Source of the DNA: Candidatus Saccharimonadota bacterium
GTDB lineage: Bacteria; Pseudomonadota; Gammaproteobacteria; Enterobacterales; Enterobacteriaceae
DNA: 32,000 nt
Direction: 5' to 3'
NCBI GenBank assembly: GCA_002688505.1
Contig: CP024013.1
Span: 180,001-212,000 of the forward strand
In this document: in pieces, positions 1 through 10,810 of the stretch
Numbering within the stretch: the stretch's first letter is position 1
How the letters are laid out: each line of letters starts with the position of its first letter
Notes under the pieces: model-generated
What the model was told of the DNA's origin: nothing
Seen by the model: only the letters and a program-made list of their open reading frames with translations
The model's database searches: none
Translations under genes and position numbers: made by a program

Positions 1-188
1 ATATAACCTTCTTCTTTATGTAAATATTTTTTATATATAATTTTGGTTATTATAAAATTTAATATAGAATCTCCTAAAAATTCTAATTTTTCATTATTAT
101 ATTTATTAAAACTTCTATGTGTTAAACATAGTATTAATATTTTTTTTTTAGAAAATTTGTATTTTATTTTTTTTTGTAAATTTTTCAT
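1..188 (-). CDS. rnc: Ribonuclease III, N-terminal part (runs off the window start)
   Basis: ATG at 188-186 on the minus strand. Translation MKNLQKKIKYKFSKKKILILCLTHRSFNKYNNEKLEFLGDSILNF... carries the RNase III signature (THRS...NEKLEFLGDS). It lies downstream of lepA-lepB, as in the E. coli lepA-lepB-rnc order. Confidence 0.9.
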   Translation of the reverse strand, partial: MKNLQKKIKYKFSKKKILILCLTHRSFNKYNNEKLEFLGDSILNFIITKIIYKKYLHKEEGY

Positions 189-225
189 TTATTTTTTTTA
201 AATATATTAATTTTTTTAAAATATA

Positions 226-1101
226 TTATTTATATAAAAAATTTTTTATTTTATATTTTATATTATTTATATTTAATAAAATATATTCTGCTTTACCAAT
301 TATCAAATTTTTATTTAGAAAACCTCAATATCTACTATCATAACTATTATCTCTGAAATCACCCATTACAAAATACATATTGTTAGGTATTATTCATATT
401 TTTTTAAAATAATTTTTTTTTTTAAAATATATTTTTTTTATAAATAATATTTCATATTTTTTATTAAATAAATATTCTGTTTTTTTATGTAGTATTAATA
501 TATTATTTAATTTTTTATATTTATTAATATTTAAATTATTTAATTTTAAAAATTTTATTTTTATAATTTTATTTTTTTTATATTTAATTTTTAATAAAAT
601 TTTATCATTATTTATATGATATTTAATAATATTTATTAAACAGTATTTGTTTTTATTTTTTAAACATTTTTTATATATTTTAATTTTTTTAAATTTTTCA
701 TCATAAATAATTTTGTCATTAGGTAATCCTATTATTCTTTTTATATAATTAATTTTTTTATTTTTTGGATATTTAAATACTATTATATCTCCATATTTTG
801 GTTTTTTAATATTTATTAATATTTTATTGTTTAAAGGATTTTTAATATAATATGATAATTTATTTACTAGTATTAAATCTCCTATACATAATGTAGGCAT
901 CATTGATGATGATGGTATATAATATATTTCATATATAAATGATTTTAATATGAGTATTATAATTAATTTAGGAAATAAATTATTAAATATTTTAAAAATT
1001 TTATTTATTATTTTATTATTTTTTATTTTAATTTTTAAGATATTAATTATATATAATATTCCAGTCATTATTATTATGAATAAAAATATATTATTTTTCA
1101 T
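226..1101 (-). CDS. lepB: Signal peptidase I
   Basis: Track ORF 394..1101 stops at a TGA (394-396). Reading TGA as Trp continues to TAA at 226-228 and recovers the conserved C-terminal boxes ...[29 protein letters not shown]. The W of RYWGF is the TGA at 325-327. The Ser box (IPSSSMMPTL) and Lys box (YIKRIIGLPND) are present. 291 aa. Confidence 0.95.
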
Positions 1102-1122
1102 ATTTATATATATATTTTAAAT

Positions 1123-2907
1123 TTAATGAATTTTTAATATTTTATATAAGATTTTAGGTTTAATTGAAATATTACCTATTTTTTTCATTTTTTTTTTTCC
1201 TATTTTTTGTTTTTTAATTAATTTTTTTTTTCTAGTTATATCTCCTCCATAACATTTTGAAATTACATTTTTTCTTAATGCTTTAATATTAGTTTTATAT
1301 ATAATTTTATTATTACAAGATATTTGTATATTAATATTAAATAATTGTTTTTTTATATATTTTTTTAGAATATTTAATATTCTTTCACTTTCTTTTTTAA
1401 TATTATTTATATGTATTAATTTTGATAATCCATAAATAATTTTATTGTTTATAATAATTTTTAATAATACAATATTAGATTTTTTATATTTATAAAATTT
1501 ATAATTATAAGTACAGTATCCTTGTGTGATAGATTTTAAATCATTATTTAAATTAGTTATAATTTCTAAAAGAGGTATTTTATATTTTAATAATACATTA
1601 TTTTTATTTATATATTTTAAATTTTTTAAATTACCTCTTTTTTGATTACATATATTTATTATATTTCCTATATATTTTTTATCTGATGTTATATTACATT
1701 TAACTATAGGTTCTTTAATATATTTAATATCATTTATTTTAATTATTTTATCTATATTATTAATATAAATTTCTTTATTATTTTTAGTTATAATTTTAAA
1801 TATTATCGTTGGATTTACTATTATTATTTTAGAATTATATTCTCTTATTAATCTTTCTTTAATTATTTCTATATGTAAAGTACCTAAGAATCCACATCTG
1901 AAACCAAAACCTAATATATTTGATTTTTCTATTTTATATGTTAGTGAAGAATCATTTAATTGTAATTTTTGTATTGATTTTTTTAAATTATTAAAATTAT
2001 TATTTTTATATGGATATATACTTGCAAATATTTGTGAATGTGTTTTTTTTAAAATTTTTTTATTATTAAATTTTATATTATTATTATATATAATATTACC
2101 TATTAAATTATTATTTATTTTTTTTATTCTACATGTTATTCAACCTACTTCTCCGCAATTTAAAATGTTAATATTTTTTTTATTAGGAGTATATATCATA
2201 ATATTTTCAATAATATATTTTTTTTTTATATTTAATATTTTTATTTTATCATTTAATTTTATATTTCCACTTGTAATTTTTATTAATAAAAATGTACCTA
2301 AATAATTATTGAAATATGAATCTATGATAATAGCTAATAATGATTTTTTGTTTTTACATTTTGGATATGGTATTTTTCTTATTATTTCTTTAATTATTTT
2401 TTTAATTCCAAAGCTAGTTTTTGAAGAACATAAAAATATTTTTTTTTTATAATTTAATTTTTTTTTTATTTGTTTTTTTATTTTTTTTAATTTTATATTT
2501 TTAATATCTATTTTATTTATTACAATTAAAATTTTAATTTTTAAATTTTTAGCTATATTATAATTATTTAGTGTTTGTGATTGTATTCCTTTAGTTGCAT
2601 CTATTAATAATATTGCTCCTTCACAAATATATAATGATTTTGATACTTCATATGAAAAATCTGTATGACCAGGAGTATCTATTAAATTTAATTTATAATT
2701 ATTATTATTATATTTAAATATTAAGTTGGCACATTGTGCTTTTATAGTGATTCCTTTTTCTTTTTCTAGTTCCATTGTATCTAATATTCTTTGTTGATTT
2801 TTGTTTAATTTTTTATTAGTACATATTTCTATAATTCTATCTGAAAATGTTGATTTACCATGATCTATATGTGCTATAATACAAAAATTTCTTATGTATT
2901 TAATCAT
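1123..2907 (-). CDS. lepA: Elongation factor 4 (LepA)
   Basis: The N-terminal GTPase motifs are IAHIDHGKST, DTPGH and NKID. The track ORF ends at a TGA (2140-2142) inside the conserved GEVGW. My hand translation stays open to TAA at 1123-1125. It includes GFRCGFLGTLHIEIIKERL and the C-terminal KKMKKIGNISI. 594 aa, versus 599 in E. coli. Confidence 0.95.
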
Positions 2908-2981
2908 TTAATGTTTTAAAATTATTAATTAATATATATAATTATATATTATAAATTAATTAAATTTTTTGTTATTATTTT

Positions 2982-4367
2982 ATGAATATTATTACTAGAT
3001 TTGCACCTAGTCCTACAGGATATTTACATTTAGGTAATATACGTGTTGCTTTATATTCTTGATTATTTGCTAGAAATAATAAAGGAAAATTTTTTTTAAG
3101 AATTGAGGATACTGATATTAAAAGATATAACAAAAAATATGTTGATAATATTTTTTATTTATTAGATTGATTAGGTTTATATTGAGATAATAATGTATAT
3201 TTTCAATCTAAAAACATAGATTTATATAATTATTATATAGATTTATTATTAAATAAAGGTTTAGCATATAAATGTTATTGTAGTTATGAAAGATTAATTA
3301 ATATTCGTAAAAAATGTATATTAAGTAAAATTAAACCAAAGTATGATGGTTACTGTAGAAATAAAAATTTAAATTATAAGAATATTAAATATGTAGTAAG
3401 ATTTAAAAATTTATTATCAGATAATGTAAAATTTAAAGATCTAATATTTGGTAAATTAAATTTTAAAAATAAAGAATTAGATGATTTTATAATAAAAAGA
3501 TCTAATGGTTTACCAACTTATAATTTTTGTGTTGTTATAGATGATAATGAAATGTTAATAACTGATATAATAAGGGGTTCTGAACATATTAATAATACTC
3601 CTAAACAGATAAATTTATTAAAATCATTAAATTTTAAAAAACCTAGATATATTCATTTACCTATAATTTTAGATAAATATAAAAAAAAATTATCTAAAAG
3701 AAATTATACATATAATATTAATAATTATATTGATAATGGATATTTACCAAATACTTTAATAAGTTATTTATTAAAATTAGGTATATATAATAATAATTTA
3801 GAAATTAATGATATTAATAAACTAAAAAGTATATTTAATTTTAATAATATAAATAAATCTCCTTGTATTATAGATGATAATAAAATTATTATACTTAATA
3901 AGTATTATATTAATAATATTGGTTATAATTCTTTAATTTATTATATTAAACCATTTTTTTTAGATAAAAATATTAATATGAATAAGATTAATAATATATA
4001 TAAAATATTTTTTGTTATTTTAGAAAGAATATATTTTTTATATCAAATAGTTGATTTTTATATATTAATTAATAATAATAATTTTAAATTAGATTTAAAT
4101 GTTTTAAATAAATTTAATTTAAAATATAATATAATAATAAAAATTTTTATAAAGAAATTTAATAAGTTATACTTTTGAAGTATACAAAATATTAAATATA
4201 TAATTAATAATTATGTTAATAAAAATAATTTAAAAAATAAATATATATATTCTTTATTACGTTATATTTTAATTGGTAAGAGACATGGTATAGATTTATT
4301 TAAAATAATATTTATTTTAAATAAAAAAGAAGTTTTATTAAGGTTGAATAATTGTTGTAAAATTTAA
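2982..4367 (+). CDS. gltX: Glutamyl-tRNA synthetase
   Basis: ATG at 2982. The N-terminus [31 protein letters not shown] has its W encoded by TGA at 3060-3062. A KLSKR (KMSKS-type) motif is present. It is in the same frame as track ORF 3552..4178 and continues through the TGA at 4176 to TAA at 4365-4367 (...[18 protein letters not shown]...). 461 aa. Confidence 0.95.
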
Positions 4368-6084
4368 AATTATTTTTTTTAATAATTAATAAAATTTTTT
4401 TTATATTATTAATATTTTTTTTATTATTAAAAAAATTTTTTATTGATTTTATTTGAAGGCTATTTAATTTATTTATTATTTTTGTATAATTTTTTTTGTC
4501 TAAATGATTATTTATATTTTTAAATTTTTTGTATATATATTTAGCAGATGATAAACCTATATTAGGTATTGATAATGAATATATAAAATTAATAAATTTT
4601 ATATTTTTAATTGAATATTTTATTGATTTAATAATTTTTTCAGATTTTTTATAATTAAAATTATTAAGTTTAATTAGAGAATTAATTTTTAATTTAAATA
4701 TATCTTGTATATTATTAATTAATTTATTTTTAATTAAAATTTTTATTGTTTTATTACCTATAAATTTTATATTAAAACCATTTTTTGAAATAAAATTTTT
4801 TATTTTTTTAATTTTTTTTTGTTTACAATTATTATTTATACATTTTGGTATATTTTTATTTAAATCAATATTTGTTTTACAATATGGGCATTTTTTTATA
4901 TAATTAATATTGTTTGTATTATAAATTTTTAATACTTTTTTAATTTTAGGAATAACATCTCCTTTTCTTTCAATTAAAATTTTATCTTTTATATTTATAT
5001 TTAATTTTTTTAAATATTTTAAGTTATATAAATTAATTTTTTTTATTTTTACTTTATTAATATACACAGGTTTTATAATAATAATAGGTATAACTATTCC
5101 ACTTTTACCTATTTTAAATTTAATATTAATTATACTAGTTTTTTTAGTTTTAGAATCAAATTTTATAGCAATAGCTCAATTTATATAATTATTATTAAAT
5201 TTAAGTTTTTCTTGTAATTTTCTATTATTTATTTTTATTACAATACCATCAATATTAAATTTTAATTTTTTTTTTATTTTTTTAATTTTTTCATAAAAAA
5301 TTTTAATTTTATTTATTGAATTACATTTTTTAGTATATTTATCTATTTTAAATCCTAATTTATTAATTTTTTTTAAACAGTTAATATGACTTTTAATATT
5401 ATTTCTATTATTATTTATTATAATATCATATGCTATAAATGATAATTTTCTTTTTTTAATTAAATTTTTATTTAATAATCTTATTGTACCTGATGTAAGA
5501 TTTCTACAATTTGAAAATGACTTTTCTTTTTTTTTAATTTTAATAAAATTTTTTTTATTAATAAAAAGTTCTCCTCTAATTTCAATTTTATTTTTTTTAT
5601 TATTATTAATTATTTTTTTAGGTATAGATGATATAACTTTTATTTCATTTGTAATATTTTCTCCATATATTCCATTACCTTTAGTAATAGATTTATATAA
5701 TTTATTTTTTTTATAAATTAAACTAATAGCTATTCCATCTATTTTAAGTTCACAGCAAAATTTTTTTTTATTATATATTTTATTTATTTTTTTTATAAAA
5801 TATTTTATTTTTTTAAAATTATATACACTTTTTATAGAAAGCATAGGAAATATATGTTTTTCTTTTTTTTTATATTTATTGAATTTATAATTTATAATTT
5901 GTGTAGGACTATTATTAGTTTTAAATATAGGATATTTATTTTCTAAATTTATTAATTTTTGAAATAAAAAATCATATTTTTTATCAGTTATTAAACTTTT
6001 ATCTTTATTTAAATAGTTATTAGAATATTTATTTATTTTTTTTCTTAAATTTATTATTTTTTTTTTAATTTTTAAATTATTCAT
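4312..6084 (-). CDS. ligA: NAD-dependent DNA ligase, ending after the HhH region with no BRCT domain
   Basis: Track ORFs 5176..6084 and 4312..5067 share one frame and are joined through the TGA at 5176-5178 (NYINWAIAIKF, cf. PRWAIAYKF). The adenylation motif CELKIDG is present. So is a Cys4 zinc finger (CPYCKT...CINNNC), followed by HhH-like repeats. TAA at 4312-4314. 590 aa, versus 671 in E. coli. Confidence 0.93.
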
Positions 6085-6181
6085 TAATTTATTTTAATTA
6101 ATTATAAATTATTTTTTTGTAAATATTAAAAATTAATAATAATATAAATATATTATTAAATTTTTAATTTTAAGTAAATTT

Positions 6182-7585
6182 ATGTTTTATATATTAAAAA
6201 TTATTTTATTAAATATACATTATAAATTTTTATTATATATTTTATTATTATTATTTATTTTAATATTTTTATTAATATTAATATTAATTATTAAGTATAT
6301 TATATTATATAACTTTTATATTAAAGGAAATATTTGTATTAAGTCTAGTAATATTTGATATAAAAATTTAATTAAATTAAATATAAATAATAAATTTATA
6401 TTTAGTAAAATTAATAAATATATTTTTAATTTTATTTATTATAATATAGGTATACCTCCAGTTTGTTTTAAAAAATTGTGATTAATTACTAATAGTAATA
6501 AATTAATTAATTTAATAATAAATGATATAAAATTTTCTAAAAAAAATATATATATTATTTTTTATATTTGAGAACCTGGTTATTTATCAAATAAAATTAT
6601 TTTAGAATTAATTAATGCTTCTAAAAGAGGAGTTGATTGTAAAATAATTTTAGATGCAATAGGAAGTATAAATTTTTTTAATACAGATTGACCATCATTA
6701 ATGATTAATAAAGGTATACAAATAGTAAAATATTTAGAAATTAAATTAGATAATATTATTTTTAGAAGATTAGATTTAAGACAACATAAAAAATTAATAT
6801 TAATAGATAATAAAATTATATATACGGGTAGTATGAATTTAATAGATGATAGTTATTTTATTAAAAATATTTATTTAGGTATATGATTAGATTTAATGAT
6901 TAAAATAAAAAGTAAATTATTAGGTAAAATAATAAATATTATTTTTTCTTATGATTGAGAACTTCAAACTGGTATAAATATTTTAAAGAGAAAAATTAAC
7001 TTTAATTATTTTAATAAATTTATAAATAATAAATATATTAATTTAGTTCAAGTTATTACTTCTGGTCCTGGTTTACCAAAGAATTTAATTCATAGATTTT
7101 TATTAAATTTAATATTTTCATCTAAATATAGAATTATAATTACTACTCCTTATTTTGTTCCTAGTAATAGTATAATAGATGCTATTTGTACTGTATCTAG
7201 TAAAGGAATAGATGTAAGTATAATAATTCCTGAAAAAAATGATACGTTTTTAATTTATTGATCAAGTAGATTTTTTTTTTATGATCTTATAAAATCTGGA
7301 GTTAAAATTTATTTATTTAAAGGTAATTTTTTACATACTAAATTAATTTTAGTAGATTATGATATAAGTGTTTTAGGAACTATAAATTTTGATTTTAGGA
7401 GTATATGATTAAATTTTGAAATTGCTTTATTAATAAAAAATTTTATATTAAATAAAAAATTATTTAATATTTTAAAAAAATATATGAATTATTCTAAATT
7501 AATAAATTTAAATTTTTTTAAGAATAAATATTTTTATGAAAAATTTTTAGAAAAATTTTTTATATTATTTAATCCATTATTGTAA
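6182..7585 (+). CDS. cls: Cardiolipin synthase (PLD superfamily, two HKD motifs)
   Basis: I translated by hand from ATG 6182. A hydrophobic N-terminus is followed by IIFYIWEPGYLSNKIILELINASKRGVDCKIILDAIGSINFFNTDWPSLM. The first HKD is LRQHKKLILIDNKIIYTGSMN and the second is FLHTKLILVDYDISVLGTINFDFRS. The C-terminus ...FILFNPLL matches the ClsA end ...FYFFSPLL. There are several in-frame TGA=Trp codons. TAA at 7583-7585. 467 aa. Confidence 0.93.
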
Positions 7586-8321
7586 AATTTAATAATTTTT
7601 TTTTTATTATATAATTATAAGTTTTAATATTAAATTTTTTTGTTATTATTTTACCTAATTTTTTTATTCCATATATTTCTGATTTTTCATGTCCTATTAT
7701 AATTAAATTTATATTATATTGTTTAATAATATTAAAATTAATTTCTGATATTTCACCAGTTATATATGTATCTATTTTGTATTTTAAAATAGTTTTTTCT
7801 ATAAAATTATTTCCATTTCCACAACATAAACATATTTTATTAATTTTTTTTTTACATTTATAAAATATAAATACTTTAAATATTTTTTTTATTTTTTTTA
7901 TTAAGTTATTATTTTTATATATTTTACATATGATAAAATGATTATTTCTGTTAGGTAATATATTTATTTTGAGATTTAATTTTTTACATAATAAAATATT
8001 ATTACCTATTTTTTTATGTATATCTAATGGAATATGTCAAGCAAACATATTAATATTATTTTTATATATATTTTTAATCATTAATTTATTAAAATTTGAC
8101 AATATATAATTGTCTTTTCATAATATTCCATGATGTACTATTATTGTATCATAATTAAAAATTAAACATTTTTTAATTATTTTAGGTGTTAAACTAACAC
8201 TAGTTATTATTTTTTTAATTTTATTTATTCCACCTATTTGTAATCCATTTAATGATTTATCTTTTATATTATAGTTATTTAAATATTTGTTTAATAAAAT
8301 TTCTAATTCTATATTTTTCAT
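7569..8321 (-). CDS. ybgI: Nif3-family dinuclear metal-centre protein (YbgI-like)
   Basis: The N-terminus MKNIELEILLNKYLNNYNIKDKSLNGLQIGG...IIVHHGILW closely parallels E. coli YbgI (MKNTELEQLINEKL...NGLQVEG...VIVHHGYFW). It continues through TGAs (FAWHIPLDIHKKIGNN; GHEKSEIYGIKKL) to TAA at 7569-7571. 250 aa. Confidence 0.9.
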
Positions 8322-8344
8322 AATAAATTTTATTATATTATTAA

Positions 8345-8430
8345 TCGGAGGTAGAGAGATTCGAACTCTCGAACGAAATAATCGTTTACGATTTTCAAGA
8401 CCGTTGCTTTAAACCACTCAGCCATACCTC
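8345..8430 (-). tRNA. tRNA-Ser (anticodon UGA), class II with a long variable arm; no encoded 3' CCA
   Basis: This is the only GC-rich island in the region. The minus-strand sequence GGAGGTATGGCTGAGTGGTTTAAAGCAACGGTCTTGAAAATCGTAAACGATTATTTCGTTCGAGAGTTCGAATCTCTCTACCTCCG folds as a cloverleaf. The acceptor stem is GGAGGTA/TACCTCC. The anticodon stem ACGGT/ATCGT carries the loop CT-TGA-AA. The variable-arm stem is AACGA/TCGTT. The T arm is GAGAG-TTCGAAT-CTCTC. The discriminator G is followed by ATTA rather than CCA. Confidence 0.93.
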
Positions 8431-8487
8431 CATTTATATTATAATTATATATTATTATAAATTATTATTATAATAAATTTTTAAATT

Positions 8488-9285
8488 TTATTTGTTTATG
8501 GATGTTAAAATATGGAATTTAATTATTTTAATATTATATTTTTTTAAAATTTTTTTTACTTTTATTTTATTTTTAAATAAAAAAAATTGTTCTTTGAGAC
8601 ATATCTTATTTAATTTTTTTTTAATAAAATTATTTATTATTTTATTATTTTTTTTATTTTGTAACTTTATTTTAATATTTTTTTTAATTTTTTTTAAATA
8701 TTTATTATTTATATTTTTTTTACTTAAAAATTTTGGTTGCATTGCAGCTATATGAATTGTAATTTTTTTAATATTATTTTTATTTATTTTTTTATTTTTA
8801 TTAATTTTTTTAACTAAGATTATTATACCAATTTTTTTATTATGATTATAATCATTTAAATATTGTTTTTTTTTAGATTTTAAATATAAAAAATTTTTTA
8901 TTTTAATATTTTCATTTAATTTATTTGTAATTAAATTTATATCTTTTTTAAATATTTTATTTATGTTTTTTAAATTTAAAGTATAATTTTTATAGTTATT
9001 AATAATTTTATTAGTTATTTTTTTTTCAAAATTTTTAAATTCTAAATTATTAATTATAAAATCTGTTTCTGATTCAAATTTTATTACTATTGAAATATTA
9101 TTTTTTGTTTTAGTAGTTATAAATTCATAAAATAATTTATTTTTTTTCTTAAATTTTTTTTTTTTTATATATTTTAAAGATTTATATATATTAAAATTAT
9201 TTTTTTCTAAAATTTTTTTACATTTATATATACTAATTTGTGTTATTTTTCTTATTTTTTTTATAATTTCTAATTTATTATTCAT
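8488..9285 (-). CDS. tsf: Elongation factor Ts
   Basis: An uninterrupted 265-aa ORF. Its N-terminal UBA-like segment IIKKIRKITQISIYKCKKILEKNNFNIYKSLKYIKKK parallels [20 protein letters not shown]... of EF-Ts. It starts 6 nt after the rpsB stop, which is the conserved rpsB-tsf order. Confidence 0.9.
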   Translation of the reverse strand: MNNKLEIIKKIRKITQISIYKCKKILEKNNFNIYKSLKYIKKKKFKKKNKLFYEFITTKTKNNISIVIKFESETDFIINNLEFKNFEKKITNKIINNYKNYTLNLKNINKIFKKDINLITNKLNENIKIKNFLYLKSKKKQYLNDYNHNKKIGIIILVKKINKNKKINKNNIKKITIHIAAMQPKFLSKKNINNKYLKKIKKNIKIKLQNKKNNKIINNFIKKKLNKICLKEQFFLFKNKIKVKKILKKYNIKIIKFHILTSINK

Positions 9286-9291
9286 ATAAAT

Positions 9292-9975
9292 TTATTTTTT
9301 TTTACATATATTATATATTTTATATATTTTTTTTAAATATCATTTAATAGCTTTTTTAGAATCATCATTTCCTGGAATTATATAATCTATATTTTCAGGG
9401 TTTGAATTAGTATCTACTATAGAAAATATTTTTATTTTTAATTGTTTAGCTTCTTTTATTGCTAATCCTTCATGTTTTGCATCTATTACAAATATAGCAT
9501 CAGGTATTCTTCCCATATTTTTAATACCATTTAAATTATTATATAATTTTTTAAATTTCTTTTTTTTATTTAAATATTCTTTTTTTGTTAATTTATTAAA
9601 AATTTTATTTTTAAATTTTTTTTCTAAATTTTTAAAAAATTTAATTGATTTTTTAACTGTTTTTCAATTAGTTAAGGTTCCACCTAATCATCTTTTATTT
9701 ATATAAAATTGTTTACATTTTATTGCTATATTTTTTATTAATTTAGAAGTATTATTTTTAGTTCCTACAAATAATATTTTGTCTTTATTTTTAAATATTT
9801 CTTTTATTTCATATAGTGCTTTTTTGAAATAAATAATAGTTTTTTCTAGGTTAATTATATGTATTTTATTATATTTTGTATATATAAATTGTTTCATTTT
9901 TGGATTTCAAAATTTAGTTTGATGTCCAAAATGTATTCCAGCTCTGATCATTTCTTTAATTGATAAATTTATCAT
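9292..9975 (-). CDS. rpsB: 30S ribosomal protein S2
   Basis: ATG at 9975. The N-terminus is [27 protein letters not shown]. It is in frame with track ORF 9688..9897. It continues through the TGA at 9688-9690 (RWLGGTLTNWKTV) to ...VIDAKHEGLAIKEAKQL...IVDTNSNPENIDYIIPGNDDS. TAA at 9292-9294. 227 aa. Confidence 0.95.
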
Positions 9976-10051
9976 TTTATTTTTTATAATTATGTAAATA
10001 AATATATATTATATTATAATATAATATTATTTTAAATTATATTTATAATAT

Positions 10052-10798
10052 ATGTATATTAGAATAAATAGTTATAAAGATATAAATAATATTATTTTAG
10101 TATCTAAAATAGTTCATAAAGTTTTAAATTATATTTATAAATTTATTAAACCTGGTATATCTACAGGAGAAATAGATTATATTTGTTATAATAAAATTGT
10201 AAATTATTATAAAGCATATCCTGCATCATTAGGATATATGAATTATCCAAAATCTATTTGTACATCAATAAATGATATAGTATGTCATGGTATACCAAGA
10301 TATGATGAATTCTTAAAGGATGGTGATATAATTAATATAGATATTAGTATATGTAAAAATAATTATTATTCTGATGCTTCAAAAATGTATTTGGTAGGTA
10401 ATGTTAAAAGAAAATATATTAATTTATGTAAAGTTACTAAAAGAAGTTTATTAAAATCTTTAAAACATATTAAACCTGGTAATAAATTAAATTTAATTGG
10501 TAATTCAATACAAAATTATATAGACAAATTTGGTTATTCAGTTGTTAGAGAATATTGTGGTCATGGTATAGGTAAAAAATTACATGAAGATCCTTTTATA
10601 TTACATTATAAAAATAATTATAATATATCTTTTAAAGAAGGAATGATTTTTACAGTAGAACCAATGATAAATATTGGTAGTTATAAAACTAAAATTATGA
10701 AAGATGGTTGAACAGTAAAAACTATTGATAAATCTTTTTCAGCTCAGTATGAATATACTGTTTTAGTGACTAATAATGGATATAAAATATTAAAATAA
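10052..10798 (+). CDS. map: Methionine aminopeptidase, type I
   Basis: Track ORF 10052..10711 ends at a TGA inside the conserved DGWTVKT. It continues ...SFSAQYEYTVLVTNNGYKILK to TAA at 10796-10798. The metal-ligand contexts are present: DGDIINIDIS...SDASKMY, CGHGIG, FTVEPM and QYEYTV. It is divergent from rpsB, as in E. coli. 248 aa. Confidence 0.95.
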
Positions 10799-10810
10799 TA
10801 TATATTTTTT

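Noticed and set aside
8492-8755. Plus-strand ORFs of 65-106 aa rich in Phe/Ile/Leu at 8492..8755, 11550..11834, 11982..12182, 21709..21906, 23508..23729 and 24351..24671.
   Set aside because: Each lies antisense to a well-supported gene (tsf, the dksA/ORF249 junction, the dksA/glnS junction, the DLH gene, pheT and pheT respectively). Poly-Lys/Asn coding strands automatically give Phe/Ile/Leu-rich open frames on the complement. None has a motif or a Shine-Dalgarno sequence. These are shadow ORFs.
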